Below are positions 27,857 through 37,446 of a DNA stretch of 63,453 nt, piece after piece. The stretch is from Candidatus Parvarchaeum sp. (GTDB lineage: Archaea > Nanobdellota > Nanobdellia > Parvarchaeales > Parvarchaeaceae): assembly GCA_049965555.1 (NCBI GenBank), contig JBMFWF010000003.1, positions 1 to 63,453 of the forward strand. Direction: 5' to 3'. The notes beneath the pieces were generated by a model, which was not told the origin of the DNA, ran no database searches, and saw only the letters and a program-made list of their open reading frames with translations. Position 1 is the stretch's first letter; each line of letters opens with the position of its first letter. The position numbers and the translations under genes were made by a program.

Positions 27857-28671
27857 ATATGATAAAAACCCATAAACTTGAAAAGCTTATATCGGAAGGA
27901 TCAAGTGCCGTTTATTTTAGCCTTAACCCTGCTGTAACAAGCAATGAAATCTGGACAAAAGGGAACGGATTGGAAAGAAGCTTAGGGTCGAAAAAACCAG
28001 GAGATGCCGTTACTTTGATAGGCAGGATGGAAGAAGAGAAAGGCAAGGAATCCTACTTTTTACACGGGGTTTACGAGTTGATACCTTTTTATTCGGACAA
28101 AGCCAAAGATGAAAACTTCAAAAATGCGTATGATAAAATGATACCGGGTGTAGCCTACATAAACCCTGTTTCCGTTGGCATAAACAGTGAAGAGTTCAAT
28201 AATTTGGACCAGGAGACTGGCCCTGTAAAGAGAGGAAATAAAGAATTTCTTGGTATATTAAATCTGGATTACCTAATCGGCTTGAAAAGAGGAAAAATAA
28301 GCGACTTCTTCGTAAATGGTGCATATCTTATAAGGAAACCCGGAGCAGATAAAAACAAATACGTTCAGCCCAGTGTTAAATACAAGACTATGAAAAATAT
28401 AGGGCAGGGGGCAGGTCTAATTTCCTCAAAAATAACTGACAAAATTGCAGATGCGTATGGATTTCCAAGGCCAAGACCTGGAGATGTTGTAGTGGGGATT
28501 GGCTACTTCGAAGATTCTGTGTTAGGCTACAAAAAGCATGAGCCTTATGCGTTTTCTATGGTAGTGTCAGCTGTCGGCGACAGAATACAGGTTCCTCCTG
28601 ATGTGATAGACAGCATGTATCTGGAGGTTATTCTCGGTGTAGAGAATAAAGTGGGAAAGAAACTTGTCTAA
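27853..28671 (+). CDS. Hypothetical protein, possibly tandem OB-fold
   Basis: Internal repeat KKPGDAVTLIGRMEE / PRPGDVVVGIGYFED; GGAGG upstream. Confidence 0.72.
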   Translation: MNMIKTHKLEKLISEGSSAVYFSLNPAVTSNEIWTKGNGLERSLGSKKPGDAVTLIGRMEEEKGKESYFLHGVYELIPFYSDKAKDENFKNAYDKMIPGVAYINPVSVGINSEEFNNLDQETGPVKRGNKEFLGILNLDYLIGLKRGKISDFFVNGAYLIRKPGADKNKYVQPSVKYKTMKNIGQGAGLISSKITDKIADAYGFPRPRPGDVVVGIGYFEDSVLGYKKHEPYAFSMVVSAVGDRIQVPPDVIDSMYLEVILGVENKVGKKLV

Positions 28672-28703
28672 AAGCTTAAAATAAACCAGCTACAATAAAT
28701 TCA

Positions 28704-29825
28704 ATGGACGGATTGGTTCTTCCTGATTACAATAATAGCATATGTAATTTATTCAATGAAGAACTCTCTGTATTTGGAATAGAGAATCCTGGAAAAAGGC
28801 CTGGGCTTGACCTAAAACGCGGAAAAAAGACTACTCTTTTATTTTTAGATGGTTTCGGTTGGAATCTATATTCTAACACAAGATACTTTTCAAGTTTTAA
28901 AAAAGTAAAAGTAAGCAGTGTATTCCCTTCAAGCACGGACACTGCGTCTATCTCATTGATTTCTGGCTTAAATCCAGGAATGCATGGAATAATAGGTTAC
29001 AAAGCATTTTTAAAACTTGCCGGTGCAATAATAAAACCTTTGGAGAATACCTATGCTTCTGCACCACATTCAAACAACCTGCTTGGCCATATAGGAAAAC
29101 TAAGAGACGTGGTAAGGATAAAGACAATATTCAATGTGCTGTCCAAAAAAAGAATACGCAGCCTGGTAATAACCCCTTCATTTATAGTAAACTCCTCTTT
29201 CAGCTCATTGATATTCTCTGGAGCAACTGAGATTAGCGGCTATGAAAACATATGGGATGCTTTCTATATCTATAGAAAGGCGCTAGAAAATGAATCCATA
29301 AAGTTCATACATTTTTATATTCCATACATAGATACTCTTGAGCATATGTATGGTTACGATAATGCAGAAGTTAAGGAAGCAGCGGAATACATATTAAAAA
29401 GAACGAGTGAATTAAACAATGGAAAAAATACAAATACAATAATAACCGCGGACCATGGCCACAAAAAGATTGGAAAGATAATAGACTTTAGCAGGGATAA
29501 AAAACTAATGAAGAAACTTGAACTGCCCCCTTATGGAGACACGCGTGCTCCGCTATTTAGATCTAGGTATGACATAACAAAGGATTTGGATAAATACCCT
29601 ATGAAAGTATTCAACAGAAACGAAAGAGAATTGCTTCTGGGTAAAATAAACAAAGACATAGAAGATATTCTACCCGATTACTTAGGTGCAGCCGAAGAGG
29701 ATTTTGGATTTACATTCAATTATAAGGTGAATAAAAAAGAGCAAGGGAACAGGAATGAAGAACCCGTTTCAAACCACGGCGGGCTATCGACTGATGAGAT
29801 GGAAGTACCTTTAATCTCAATTTAA
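28704..29825 (+). CDS. Alkaline phosphatase superfamily nucleotide pyrophosphatase/phosphodiesterase
   Basis: FLDGFGW, SVFPSST, D...H.YG, TADHG, HGGLS.DEM.VP. Confidence 0.88.
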   Translation: MDGLVLPDYNNSICNLFNEELSVFGIENPGKRPGLDLKRGKKTTLLFLDGFGWNLYSNTRYFSSFKKVKVSSVFPSSTDTASISLISGLNPGMHGIIGYKAFLKLAGAIIKPLENTYASAPHSNNLLGHIGKLRDVVRIKTIFNVLSKKRIRSLVITPSFIVNSSFSSLIFSGATEISGYENIWDAFYIYRKALENESIKFIHFYIPYIDTLEHMYGYDNAEVKEAAEYILKRTSELNNGKNTNTIITADHGHKKIGKIIDFSRDKKLMKKLELPPYGDTRAPLFRSRYDITKDLDKYPMKVFNRNERELLLGKINKDIEDILPDYLGAAEEDFGFTFNYKVNKKEQGNRNEEPVSNHGGLSTDEMEVPLISI

Positions 29826-31232
29826 TTAAACGCTTATAACAAAGACTTTTCCTGGATTAGTAGTCGTCTCTGCTACATATAATAAATTATTTGATTGAGA
29901 TAAAGAAGAATAAGAAACACAGGTATTAACTGGGTAAGGTAAGGTAATGTTTGCTACCACTGTATTTGTTAGAATATTATATACTGGTATTTTATTGTTC
30001 TGGCACATAGCAGTATAAATATATTGACCATTATTTGATATAGACATACCACTAGCACTGGTAGTATTTGAAATAGGCTTAGTATAAATAACGGTTAAAC
30101 TAGATGTAGAAATTGTAGTTAGATTGGTTTTGCCGTTTGAAGAATAACCAGAGTATGCATATAAACCATTCGGATTAAATATCACAGGATTACCACTAGA
30201 ATTAGTTATATTCTTTATTATTTTACCGGTAGCCGTATCTATAATTGCTATATATGGAATACCGGATCCATTATACCCTGCAGCATATACAAGACTGTTA
30301 TTTATAGGCGATTGCTCTGCTTGCCATATGGAAAGTCCATCTGTGGATATATTTTTAACGATTGCTAAATTACTTTGATTTATCTCAAGTAAGAAATCAC
30401 AGGTGTTCAAATCCGGAACTATAACAAGGCCGTTGCTTGTAGTGCTCAGAATTTGTGGATCACATAAACCGCTGATATTTTTTATGGTTTGATAATTAGA
30501 GGTATTCATTACTATCATCCATCTGCCAGCGGGGGAAATTGGAGAATTGCCGGCGATAAACGCCAGTTCTCCATCGTTAGAAAACACTACTGCGCGTGTA
30601 GGTAAGTTACTCAGGGTCTTAACGACTGATGCTGAAACAACATTAACTATTGAAATTGTACTGTTACCTTGGTTGGGCTGCCAAAAATAATAACCATTTG
30701 GAGTTATTGCATTTACTGTTGGAAAATCTTGAACATTTATAGTTTCCAGTATTTGATAGGGAACAAGAGAGCTTATACTTCCAGCTATGCCGCCTGTGAA
30801 TATGATAGGAGAATTTAAACTATTGTATTCTATACCATTAAAATTAACCTTGTCTGAAAAATGCGCTCCTATTGTATTCGGACAAGCTCTCAGTAAATAA
30901 AAATCATGCGACCCGCTAGTGGACAATGTATAATCCATTGGTTCGGATAAAGAAGAGCCGTTTGAAAAATAAATTGTAGCATTTTCTAGATACACTGGAT
31001 AACCTAGTGAGTTACCAATTGAAACGATTAAAGTGCCGCCAGCTACGCAGTTTGCTTGTACTGTTAAGCCCGCAAAACCCGTAATTGTTGGTACAAGGGA
31101 GGAAGAGGGATTAAAGATACCCATGCTGTATAAGATAACTGCTACTATTACTATAATTAGAATAGCCCAGCCGTAGGTCATCATGTACTCTAGAGCTGAC
31201 TGTGATCTCTTGCTTTTTGAGAGTTTATACAT
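29826..31232 (-). CDS. Class III signal peptide (pilin-like) protein with YVTN-like beta-propeller
   Basis: KRSQ/SALEYMMTYGW N-terminus; repeats AITPNG/FSNDG/FNPNG/ISNNG with IDTATGKIIKNI-type blades. Confidence 0.85.
   Translation of the reverse strand: MYKLSKSKRSQSALEYMMTYGWAILIIVIVAVILYSMGIFNPSSSLVPTITGFAGLTVQANCVAGGTLIVSIGNSLGYPVYLENATIYFSNGSSLSEPMDYTLSTSGSHDFYLLRACPNTIGAHFSDKVNFNGIEYNSLNSPIIFTGGIAGSISSLVPYQILETINVQDFPTVNAITPNGYYFWQPNQGNSTISIVNVVSASVVKTLSNLPTRAVVFSNDGELAFIAGNSPISPAGRWMIVMNTSNYQTIKNISGLCDPQILSTTSNGLVIVPDLNTCDFLLEINQSNLAIVKNISTDGLSIWQAEQSPINNSLVYAAGYNGSGIPYIAIIDTATGKIIKNITNSSGNPVIFNPNGLYAYSGYSSNGKTNLTTISTSSLTVIYTKPISNTTSASGMSISNNGQYIYTAMCQNNKIPVYNILTNTVVANITLPYPVNTCVSYSSLSQSNNLLYVAETTTNPGKVFVISV
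31108..31219. repeat. Dispersed repeat copy 2 (pilin N-terminal cassette)
   Basis: Matches 11062-11173; the 8 mismatches are all synonymous. Confidence 0.9.
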
Positions 31233-31420
31233 GTCTAATTTATGTTTTTTTTTATTTAAATGTTTTGATTGTGGTACGATGTAAATAATAGATATAACTT
31301 ATTACAATCTTTTCAAAAATTATCTTTTAACCAATTGGAATATTTTTCAGGATTAATTGCGTTTAAAGTTATTGAAAGCTTTTGTTTACAGAAACTAAAT
31401 TTTAAAATTGTAAATTTTAA

Positions 31421-33190
31421 TTAATCAAACTTTAACTTGTAATCTTCTAGTAATCTTTTGTTGTCTATCTTTGTAGGTGAGCCGTCTATAGGCGAGTCAA
31501 AGCTTTTCGTCTTTGGAAAAAGAATAAAATCACGTATGCTTTGCTTTTCCTTGAGAACGGCAACAAACCTGTCAAGGCCTATCGCAAAGCCTATGTCTTC
31601 CGGGGCACCGAACTTAAGTGCGTTTATTAAAAACCCGAAAGTATCCATTGCTTCCTCCTCAGACATGCCTATCATTTTAAGCACTTTAAGCTGCAAATCC
31701 GCATTGTTTATCCTGACGGCCCCGCCGCCGACCTCATTTCCATTCAATACGAGGTCAAATTGCCTGCCCCTTACTTTTTCAGGTTCTTTTTCTAGCATTT
31801 CAAGATCTTCATTAAAAGGCGCAGTAAAAGGATTATGAGAGGGCTTTAGCTTTTTAGTTATACTATCTGCCTCGAACAAAGGGAAGTCTATAACCCATAA
31901 AAACGAGAATTTGCTCTTGAATTTCCCTATTTTATCCCCTATAGTTTTCCTTGCCTTGCCTAATGCCTGCAAAAGAAGCATTTCATCAAGGTCTGCTGCG
32001 AATATTATTATATCGCCATCTTTTGCTTTAAGCGATGAAATTATTTCGCCTTCCGCGTTTGACAATGAGCTTGCGATCGTTTCTGGAATAGATTTCAACT
32101 TCCCATTTTCAACGAATAGCCATGTAAGGCCCTTTAATCCATTTTTCTTTGCTGCGTCTATAACATCAAGCATGAAATCTTTAGTTATCCTTTCTGATTT
32201 GCCATAGTCTGCCGAAAAAGAGATGGCTTTTACCTTTCCGCCGCTTTCCAGGATTCTTTTTATAGTATTGTAATCAGTTTTCTTCATTGAATTTGTAATA
32301 TCAACTATTTCATATTCATACCTTAAATCGGGTTTGTCACTGCCGTATTTAGTCATTGCATCCATGTATTTGACCCGCTGGAATGGCAGCTTTATTTCTT
32401 CATTCATAACCGATTCAAATATTTTTTCGATTAAGCTTTCTATCAAGGACATAATATAGCTTTCATCTTTGAAGGAAACTTCTAAATCTAATTGAGTAAA
32501 TTCCGGTTGCCTGTCCTCCCTCTGATCTTCATCACGGAACGCTCTTGCTACCTGAAAATACTTATCCAAACCGGCTACCATTATAAGCTGCTTGTATATC
32601 TGTGGAGACTGGGGAAGGGAATAAAAATTTCCCTTTTTTGTCCTTGAAGGAACTATAAAAGGCCTTGCTCCTGTTTCATAAGTATCCTTCACTAGTATAG
32701 GTGTCTCAAGTTCTAAAAAGCCGTTGTCCCAGAAAAACTGCCTCGCTACTTTAGTAACTTTATCCCTGAATACTAAGTTATCTATCATCTCTGTTCTTCT
32801 CAAGTCAAGATATCGGTACTTAAGCCTAATATCTTCTGATGCAAGAAATTTCTCCTTTTCATCGGTTATTTCAAATGGAGGCGTTTCTGATTTGTTTATT
32901 ATAATCAGGTTTTTAGCTTTTACTTCAAATTTACCAGTAGGGTTTTTTTCGTCAATGGTTTCTTTGTCTCTTTCGCCTACTAAACCGTCTACCCTTATGA
33001 CGTATTCCCTTCCAAGTGCTTTTGCCTGCTCTAGTATATTGCCATCGAACACTACCTGCGATATCCCAGTTCTGTCTGCTATATCAACGAATAGCTTTCC
33101 TCCATGGTCCCTTATATATCTGCACCATCCATTCAAGGTGACTTCTTTACCGACTAATTCGGCAGATAAATCGCCACAGTAGATATCCAT
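31421..33190 (-). CDS. aspS: Aspartyl-tRNA synthetase, bacterial-type with GAD insert, probably non-discriminating
   Basis: 589 aa; RDHGG, RLKYRYLDLRR, LPQSPQ.YKQ, FRDED.R.DRQPEFTQLD.E, YGSDKPDLR, FLWV.DFP; last gene of the gatCAB run. Confidence 0.93.
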   Translation of the reverse strand: MDIYCGDLSAELVGKEVTLNGWCRYIRDHGGKLFVDIADRTGISQVVFDGNILEQAKALGREYVIRVDGLVGERDKETIDEKNPTGKFEVKAKNLIIINKSETPPFEITDEKEKFLASEDIRLKYRYLDLRRTEMIDNLVFRDKVTKVARQFFWDNGFLELETPILVKDTYETGARPFIVPSRTKKGNFYSLPQSPQIYKQLIMVAGLDKYFQVARAFRDEDQREDRQPEFTQLDLEVSFKDESYIMSLIESLIEKIFESVMNEEIKLPFQRVKYMDAMTKYGSDKPDLRYEYEIVDITNSMKKTDYNTIKRILESGGKVKAISFSADYGKSERITKDFMLDVIDAAKKNGLKGLTWLFVENGKLKSIPETIASSLSNAEGEIISSLKAKDGDIIIFAADLDEMLLLQALGKARKTIGDKIGKFKSKFSFLWVIDFPLFEADSITKKLKPSHNPFTAPFNEDLEMLEKEPEKVRGRQFDLVLNGNEVGGGAVRINNADLQLKVLKMIGMSEEEAMDTFGFLINALKFGAPEDIGFAIGLDRFVAVLKEKQSIRDFILFPKTKSFDSPIDGSPTKIDNKRLLEDYKLKFD

Positions 33191-33194
33191 ATTC

Positions 33195-34481
33195 TTAGTT
33201 ATTTAACATGCTTTTTATTACTTTCTTTATCAAATCCGCGGCTTCCTTTCCAGTAATATGGTATTTTTCTTTTATTTTCCCAACCATGAATCCCATCGCT
33301 TTTTGATCTTTAATTCCCCTGTCAATTAATGTTTTGTCTGAGGATAACAGCTCCATTATCCCGGCTTCAATCTCCTTTTCGTCTGCTTTTTTCTCTATTG
33401 AATCTAACCTGCCAAGCAGCTGTAGAAAGCCTTCTTTTTCAATCGAACTCACGTCTTTATCAAGCATTTTTCTAAACTCCTCTTCAGAGTAGTCTTCTAT
33501 ATTAAAGGACGCAAATTTCTCTATCAAAGAAATCCCTTTTTTGAATTCATCTTTGCTTATGCTGGTTAACAGTGAAAGATTTCTTTTGTTAAATAGAATC
33601 AATTCCCTTATGGTTTTTTCGCTGTAGCCATTTTTATCTGCCAGTTCTTTTGCAACTTTACTGGCAATTATCGGTTCAGGCACTGTCAGCTTCGTAGTAT
33701 CATAAAATGTTAAATCCGGTTCAAATGTAAAACCATACTCTTCTTCTGTTTCTTTTTCTCTCGAAGATACAGTTTCATTTGAATCTTCCTTATATGACCT
33801 GGTTTCCGCTTTTATCTCCTTTCCTTCTTTTATGAGAGCTGACTGCCGGTTTATTTCATACACTGCCGCTGCGATCAAATTCTTAATACCTGTAACATTC
33901 TTTATCTCAACCCTTTTTTCCGCTAGAGATATGTTAAGATCTGTTTTCAGTTCCTGGTTTATGTTAACCCCTTGATAGTAAAGTATGCTTCTAAGTTCTT
34001 CTATGAAAGCTTTAAGCTCATCTAAACTTTCTATGTCTGGTTCGGTAACTATCTCATTGAGAGGCACGCCAGACCTGTTGAAATCTATCAAGGAATAATC
34101 CTTTTCCCTTATTATTCTTGCAGGATCCTCTTCTATCTGTACCCTTCTTATCCCTATCTTTTTGCCGTTTAGATCAACGTATCCATTTATGCCTATCGCT
34201 CCATCAAGCTGTGTTATTTGATAACCTTTTGGTAAATCTGGATAGAAGTATACCTTTCTTACAAACCAAGTTTTTTCATTTATTTCGCAGTTTAGAGCCC
34301 TTGCTATTCCTGCAGATATCTCTAAAGCTTTCTGATTCAAAACCGGCTTTGCGCCTGGTAAACCAAGACAAACCGGGCATACATTTGAATTCGGTTCTTC
34401 CTGGTTTTCGTATGCCAAATCCGAACAGAACAGCTTAGTCTTTGTAGGCAGCGCAACATGCACTTCTAAACCGATTTTCAT
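33195..34481 (-). CDS. gatB: Asp/Glu-tRNA amidotransferase subunit B
   Basis: IGLEVH..L.TKTKLFC, CPVCLGLPG..PVLN, RK.YFYPDLPKGYQITQ, DFNRSGVPL.EIVTEPD. Confidence 0.95.
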   Translation of the reverse strand: MKIGLEVHVALPTKTKLFCSDLAYENQEEPNSNVCPVCLGLPGAKPVLNQKALEISAGIARALNCEINEKTWFVRKVYFYPDLPKGYQITQLDGAIGINGYVDLNGKKIGIRRVQIEEDPARIIREKDYSLIDFNRSGVPLNEIVTEPDIESLDELKAFIEELRSILYYQGVNINQELKTDLNISLAEKRVEIKNVTGIKNLIAAAVYEINRQSALIKEGKEIKAETRSYKEDSNETVSSREKETEEEYGFTFEPDLTFYDTTKLTVPEPIIASKVAKELADKNGYSEKTIRELILFNKRNLSLLTSISKDEFKKGISLIEKFASFNIEDYSEEEFRKMLDKDVSSIEKEGFLQLLGRLDSIEKKADEKEIEAGIMELLSSDKTLIDRGIKDQKAMGFMVGKIKEKYHITGKEAADLIKKVIKSMLNN

Positions 34482-35809
34482 TGTCCAATCTCCTCCTTAA
34501 ACTTGTAATCAAAGCCGCTTTCCCATTCCGATAAGAAGTCCAAAAGAGAATAGTCATTAAAATGATCTGTTATTAGTTGCGCCCCTAAAGGCATGCCCTT
34601 TTCATAAAAATATGGAAATGACATGTGTGGGAATCCACAAAGATTTGGAGGTACTGTAAGCATATCCATAGAATATGCTTCTACAGGGTTTATGTCGCTT
34701 ACTTCGCTTATCTTTGGGGTGAAAATCGGCATAGTTGGCATTATGATAAACCCATCTCTCAGAACTTTGGCCATTCTTGATATTATTGCATGCCTGATAG
34801 CAAGCGCCTTTTCATAATATTTCTGTTTGATGCTTTTGCTCCTTATGAAGGTCCCCAATATAACTCTCCTCTTTGCCTCCTTCCCAAACTGTTTTCTTGC
34901 AGACATAAAAAATTCATTGTAATTAAGCGAAAAGTCTTTAATCTTAAATCCATACTTGAATCCCTGATACTTTGCGAGATTTGTTGAAGCCTCCGACATT
35001 GACAATATATAATAAGCCGGAACAGAATACTCTAAATAATCTATTTTCACATGCTCAACCTTATAGCTTAGTGCAGATAACTTAGCAAGCAAATCTTCAA
35101 ATCTGTCCTTTATGCCTTCGTCTACTCCCTGCATCAGATTATCGATTATATACAGATTATGCTGGTTTTTATTAGATATCTTTGTTGACAAAGAGGTTGT
35201 ATCTCTTGGATCGCTGCCGACCGTTTTTTCCATTACCTCGCGTATATTGGCTGAACTTTTGCCCATAAAGCCTATTTTGTCCAATGAACTGGCATAGTCT
35301 ATCAAGCCGTATCTTGACATTATGCCATAAGTAGGAGTCAATCCTACAACGCCGCAGAAGGCCGCCGGCGCAGAAATTGATCCGCCAGTGGATTCTGCTA
35401 TTGAAACATGCTCCTTTATCAAAGCGGTAGCCACTGCACTTCCAGAACTTGAGCCGCCTGCAACATATTGTTCATCAAAGGGGTTCTTTGCAGGATTATC
35501 TGAATTTAAACCAAAACTGCCGAAGCCAAATTCATCCATATTGGTTTTGCCAATTACAGAAAAGCCGCTGCCCTCTAATCTTTCAACTACAGTAGCATTG
35601 AACCCTGGCACATAGCCTTGCAATATCTTTGAAGAAGCGGTTGCAGGCATGCCTTTCACACATATGTTGTCTTTAACGCTTATTATCTTGCCTTTTTTCT
35701 CGCTTTCATCTATAAAATTAAACGCATTAAACCGCTGATTTGCGAGCTTAAGCTTGGAAACAAAACTTGCGTACTCCTCTGGTTCCAAACTAAGAAATTT
35801 GCCGATCAT
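34478..35809 (-). CDS. gatA: Asp/Glu-tRNA amidotransferase subunit A
   Basis: VKDNI, GKTNMDEF, GGSSSGSA, TGGSI..PAAFCG, EA.RR..LG. Confidence 0.93.
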   Translation of the reverse strand: MIGKFLSLEPEEYASFVSKLKLANQRFNAFNFIDESEKKGKIISVKDNICVKGMPATASSKILQGYVPGFNATVVERLEGSGFSVIGKTNMDEFGFGSFGLNSDNPAKNPFDEQYVAGGSSSGSAVATALIKEHVSIAESTGGSISAPAAFCGVVGLTPTYGIMSRYGLIDYASSLDKIGFMGKSSANIREVMEKTVGSDPRDTTSLSTKISNKNQHNLYIIDNLMQGVDEGIKDRFEDLLAKLSALSYKVEHVKIDYLEYSVPAYYILSMSEASTNLAKYQGFKYGFKIKDFSLNYNEFFMSARKQFGKEAKRRVILGTFIRSKSIKQKYYEKALAIRHAIISRMAKVLRDGFIIMPTMPIFTPKISEVSDINPVEAYSMDMLTVPPNLCGFPHMSFPYFYEKGMPLGAQLITDHFNDYSLLDFLSEWESGFDYKFKEEIGQ

Positions 35810-36078
35810 ATCCTTGGCCCTAGGAAATAAAACCTGTAATTATCTCCATTATAGAATACATTCTCTATCTGGTCCTTACTTTGAGTGCTATCGTCTCTAA
35901 GTTTCTCAGGTATTTCAACAGGATGAAAAGCAAGCTTCTCATTATTCAAAGACACATCTTCAAGGGTGTCAAAAAACTTTAATATCTCTTCTATATCCTT
36001 CTCTATAGAAGCCGCTTCTTCTGCATCTAATTCTATCCTGCTAGTCTTTAAAAGCCGATCGAATTCTTCTTTTTCCAT
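35806..36078 (-). CDS. gatC: Asp/Glu-tRNA amidotransferase subunit C
   Basis: MEKEEFDRLLKTSRI.L, IL.FF..L, LRDD, YF.GPRI; ATG 36078. Confidence 0.85.
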   Translation of the reverse strand: MEKEEFDRLLKTSRIELDAEEAASIEKDIEEILKFFDTLEDVSLNNEKLAFHPVEIPEKLRDDSTQSKDQIENVFYNGDNYRFYFLGPRI

Positions 36079-36146
36079 TTTAAATATAGATATTATAATC
36101 CATAATATCAAATAAATATTAAATAAATCAATGAATAATACAAAAG

Positions 36147-36452
36147 ATGAAAATACTTGTATTGAAGATACATTTTGAGATGGATAGGAATATAAAGAGA
36201 GAAGAAGAGGCCCTGCGTGTCATATATAAATGGGCAGATAAGGTATTTCCTTCTGGTTACACTGTATACAAAACAAAAGGTGTGTGGAATGGAAAAGCCC
36301 GTGACAGTTTTACTGTTGAAAGATATGATAGAAACATTAAACTAGCAAAGGACAGAGAATTTATAAAAGAAGTAAAAATATTGGCAGAGAGTCTCAAACA
36401 AAAAGAGATAATAGTGACTTCTTTTACTGCAGATATGACAATTGTAAAGTAG
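36147..36452 (+). CDS. Small hypothetical protein, DUF3574/PII-like pattern
   Basis: FPSGYTVY...G.W...LKQKEI. Confidence 0.55.
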   Translation: MKILVLKIHFEMDRNIKREEEALRVIYKWADKVFPSGYTVYKTKGVWNGKARDSFTVERYDRNIKLAKDREFIKEVKILAESLKQKEIIVTSFTADMTIVK

Positions 36453-36492
36453 GTGGTGTTAGTTATTTTAACGCTGGCTTTCTATTAAACTA

Positions 36493-37446
36493 ATGCAAAA
36501 AAAGATAGAAAACACGATATTACTTGTTATATTAGTGATATTTTTACTCTATTTTCTGCTTAATTACAACCTTTCGCAGGCAATAAAAGACTTGGGAAAA
36601 ATAAACCTAACCTACATACCTTATATAGTGCTTGCTTGGTTAATGTTTACCTCATTAAAGTTTCTGCCTTGGGAATTAACGCTTAAAAAAGTCAAAGTTA
36701 AAATGCCGTTAATAAAAAGCTTCCTTTTTATGTATGCATTTTTTGGCCTGGGTATGGGCAGTGCAGGGGTGGGCCAGCTAATACCTTTGAGGAAACTTGA
36801 TAAATTCAAGAAGGATGCAAGATTTTTTTCAGTGAGCATAATGTTATTCCTCGGCACTACTGGCAGCATGGCAGCGATACTGCTTGCTTTAATATCTTCA
36901 GTACTGCTTTCAAAGTTCATTCTTTACCTATTGTTTATATTTGCCTTGGGGTACATTTTTATAACGATTCTTGGATTCGAATCCCCCTACAAAAAACTAG
37001 TCTCAGTTATAAACAACCGAAAACGTATAAGAACTTCCAAAATGGTAAAAAGAGGATTAAAGTACATTGAAGGCATGAGAAAACAGCGTGGTCTGATGGC
37101 GCAGAGGTATTTCATTTCTGGTATGCTTTTGTTTATACCTTCATTAATATCAGAGGCCTTGCTGCTTGTTTTCATACTTGCCGCTTTTAACGTAAACATT
37201 TCCATTTTGACAGGCATATTTATATTCACTGTCTCTGTAACTATAGGAGGGTTATCAATGCTTCCTGCAGGCATTGGAACTGAGGATATCTCTCTGGTTG
37301 CATTGATGGTCCTTTTCAACGTTCCTGGAGTATTGGCACTTGCGTCGCTTATAATATTTAGGCTATTTAACACATTTCTAGTGACAATTGCAGGCTATTT
37401 AACTATAGGATTTATAAACTTGGATAAAAAGATTAAAAAGATATGA
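36493..37446 (+). CDS. Lysylphosphatidylglycerol synthase TM / UPF0104 flippase-like protein
   Basis: Multi-TM; LPAGIG.ED, AS.I.FR. Confidence 0.8.
   Translation: MQKKIENTILLVILVIFLLYFLLNYNLSQAIKDLGKINLTYIPYIVLAWLMFTSLKFLPWELTLKKVKVKMPLIKSFLFMYAFFGLGMGSAGVGQLIPLRKLDKFKKDARFFSVSIMLFLGTTGSMAAILLALISSVLLSKFILYLLFIFALGYIFITILGFESPYKKLVSVINNRKRIRTSKMVKRGLKYIEGMRKQRGLMAQRYFISGMLLFIPSLISEALLLVFILAAFNVNISILTGIFIFTVSVTIGGLSMLPAGIGTEDISLVALMVLFNVPGVLALASLIIFRLFNTFLVTIAGYLTIGFINLDKKIKKI

Noticed and set aside
10041-31232. Diversity-generating retroelement behind the adhesin repeat
   Set aside because: The repeat is in the constant N-terminus with synonymous, non-adenine-specific differences, and there is no reverse transcriptase in the window.
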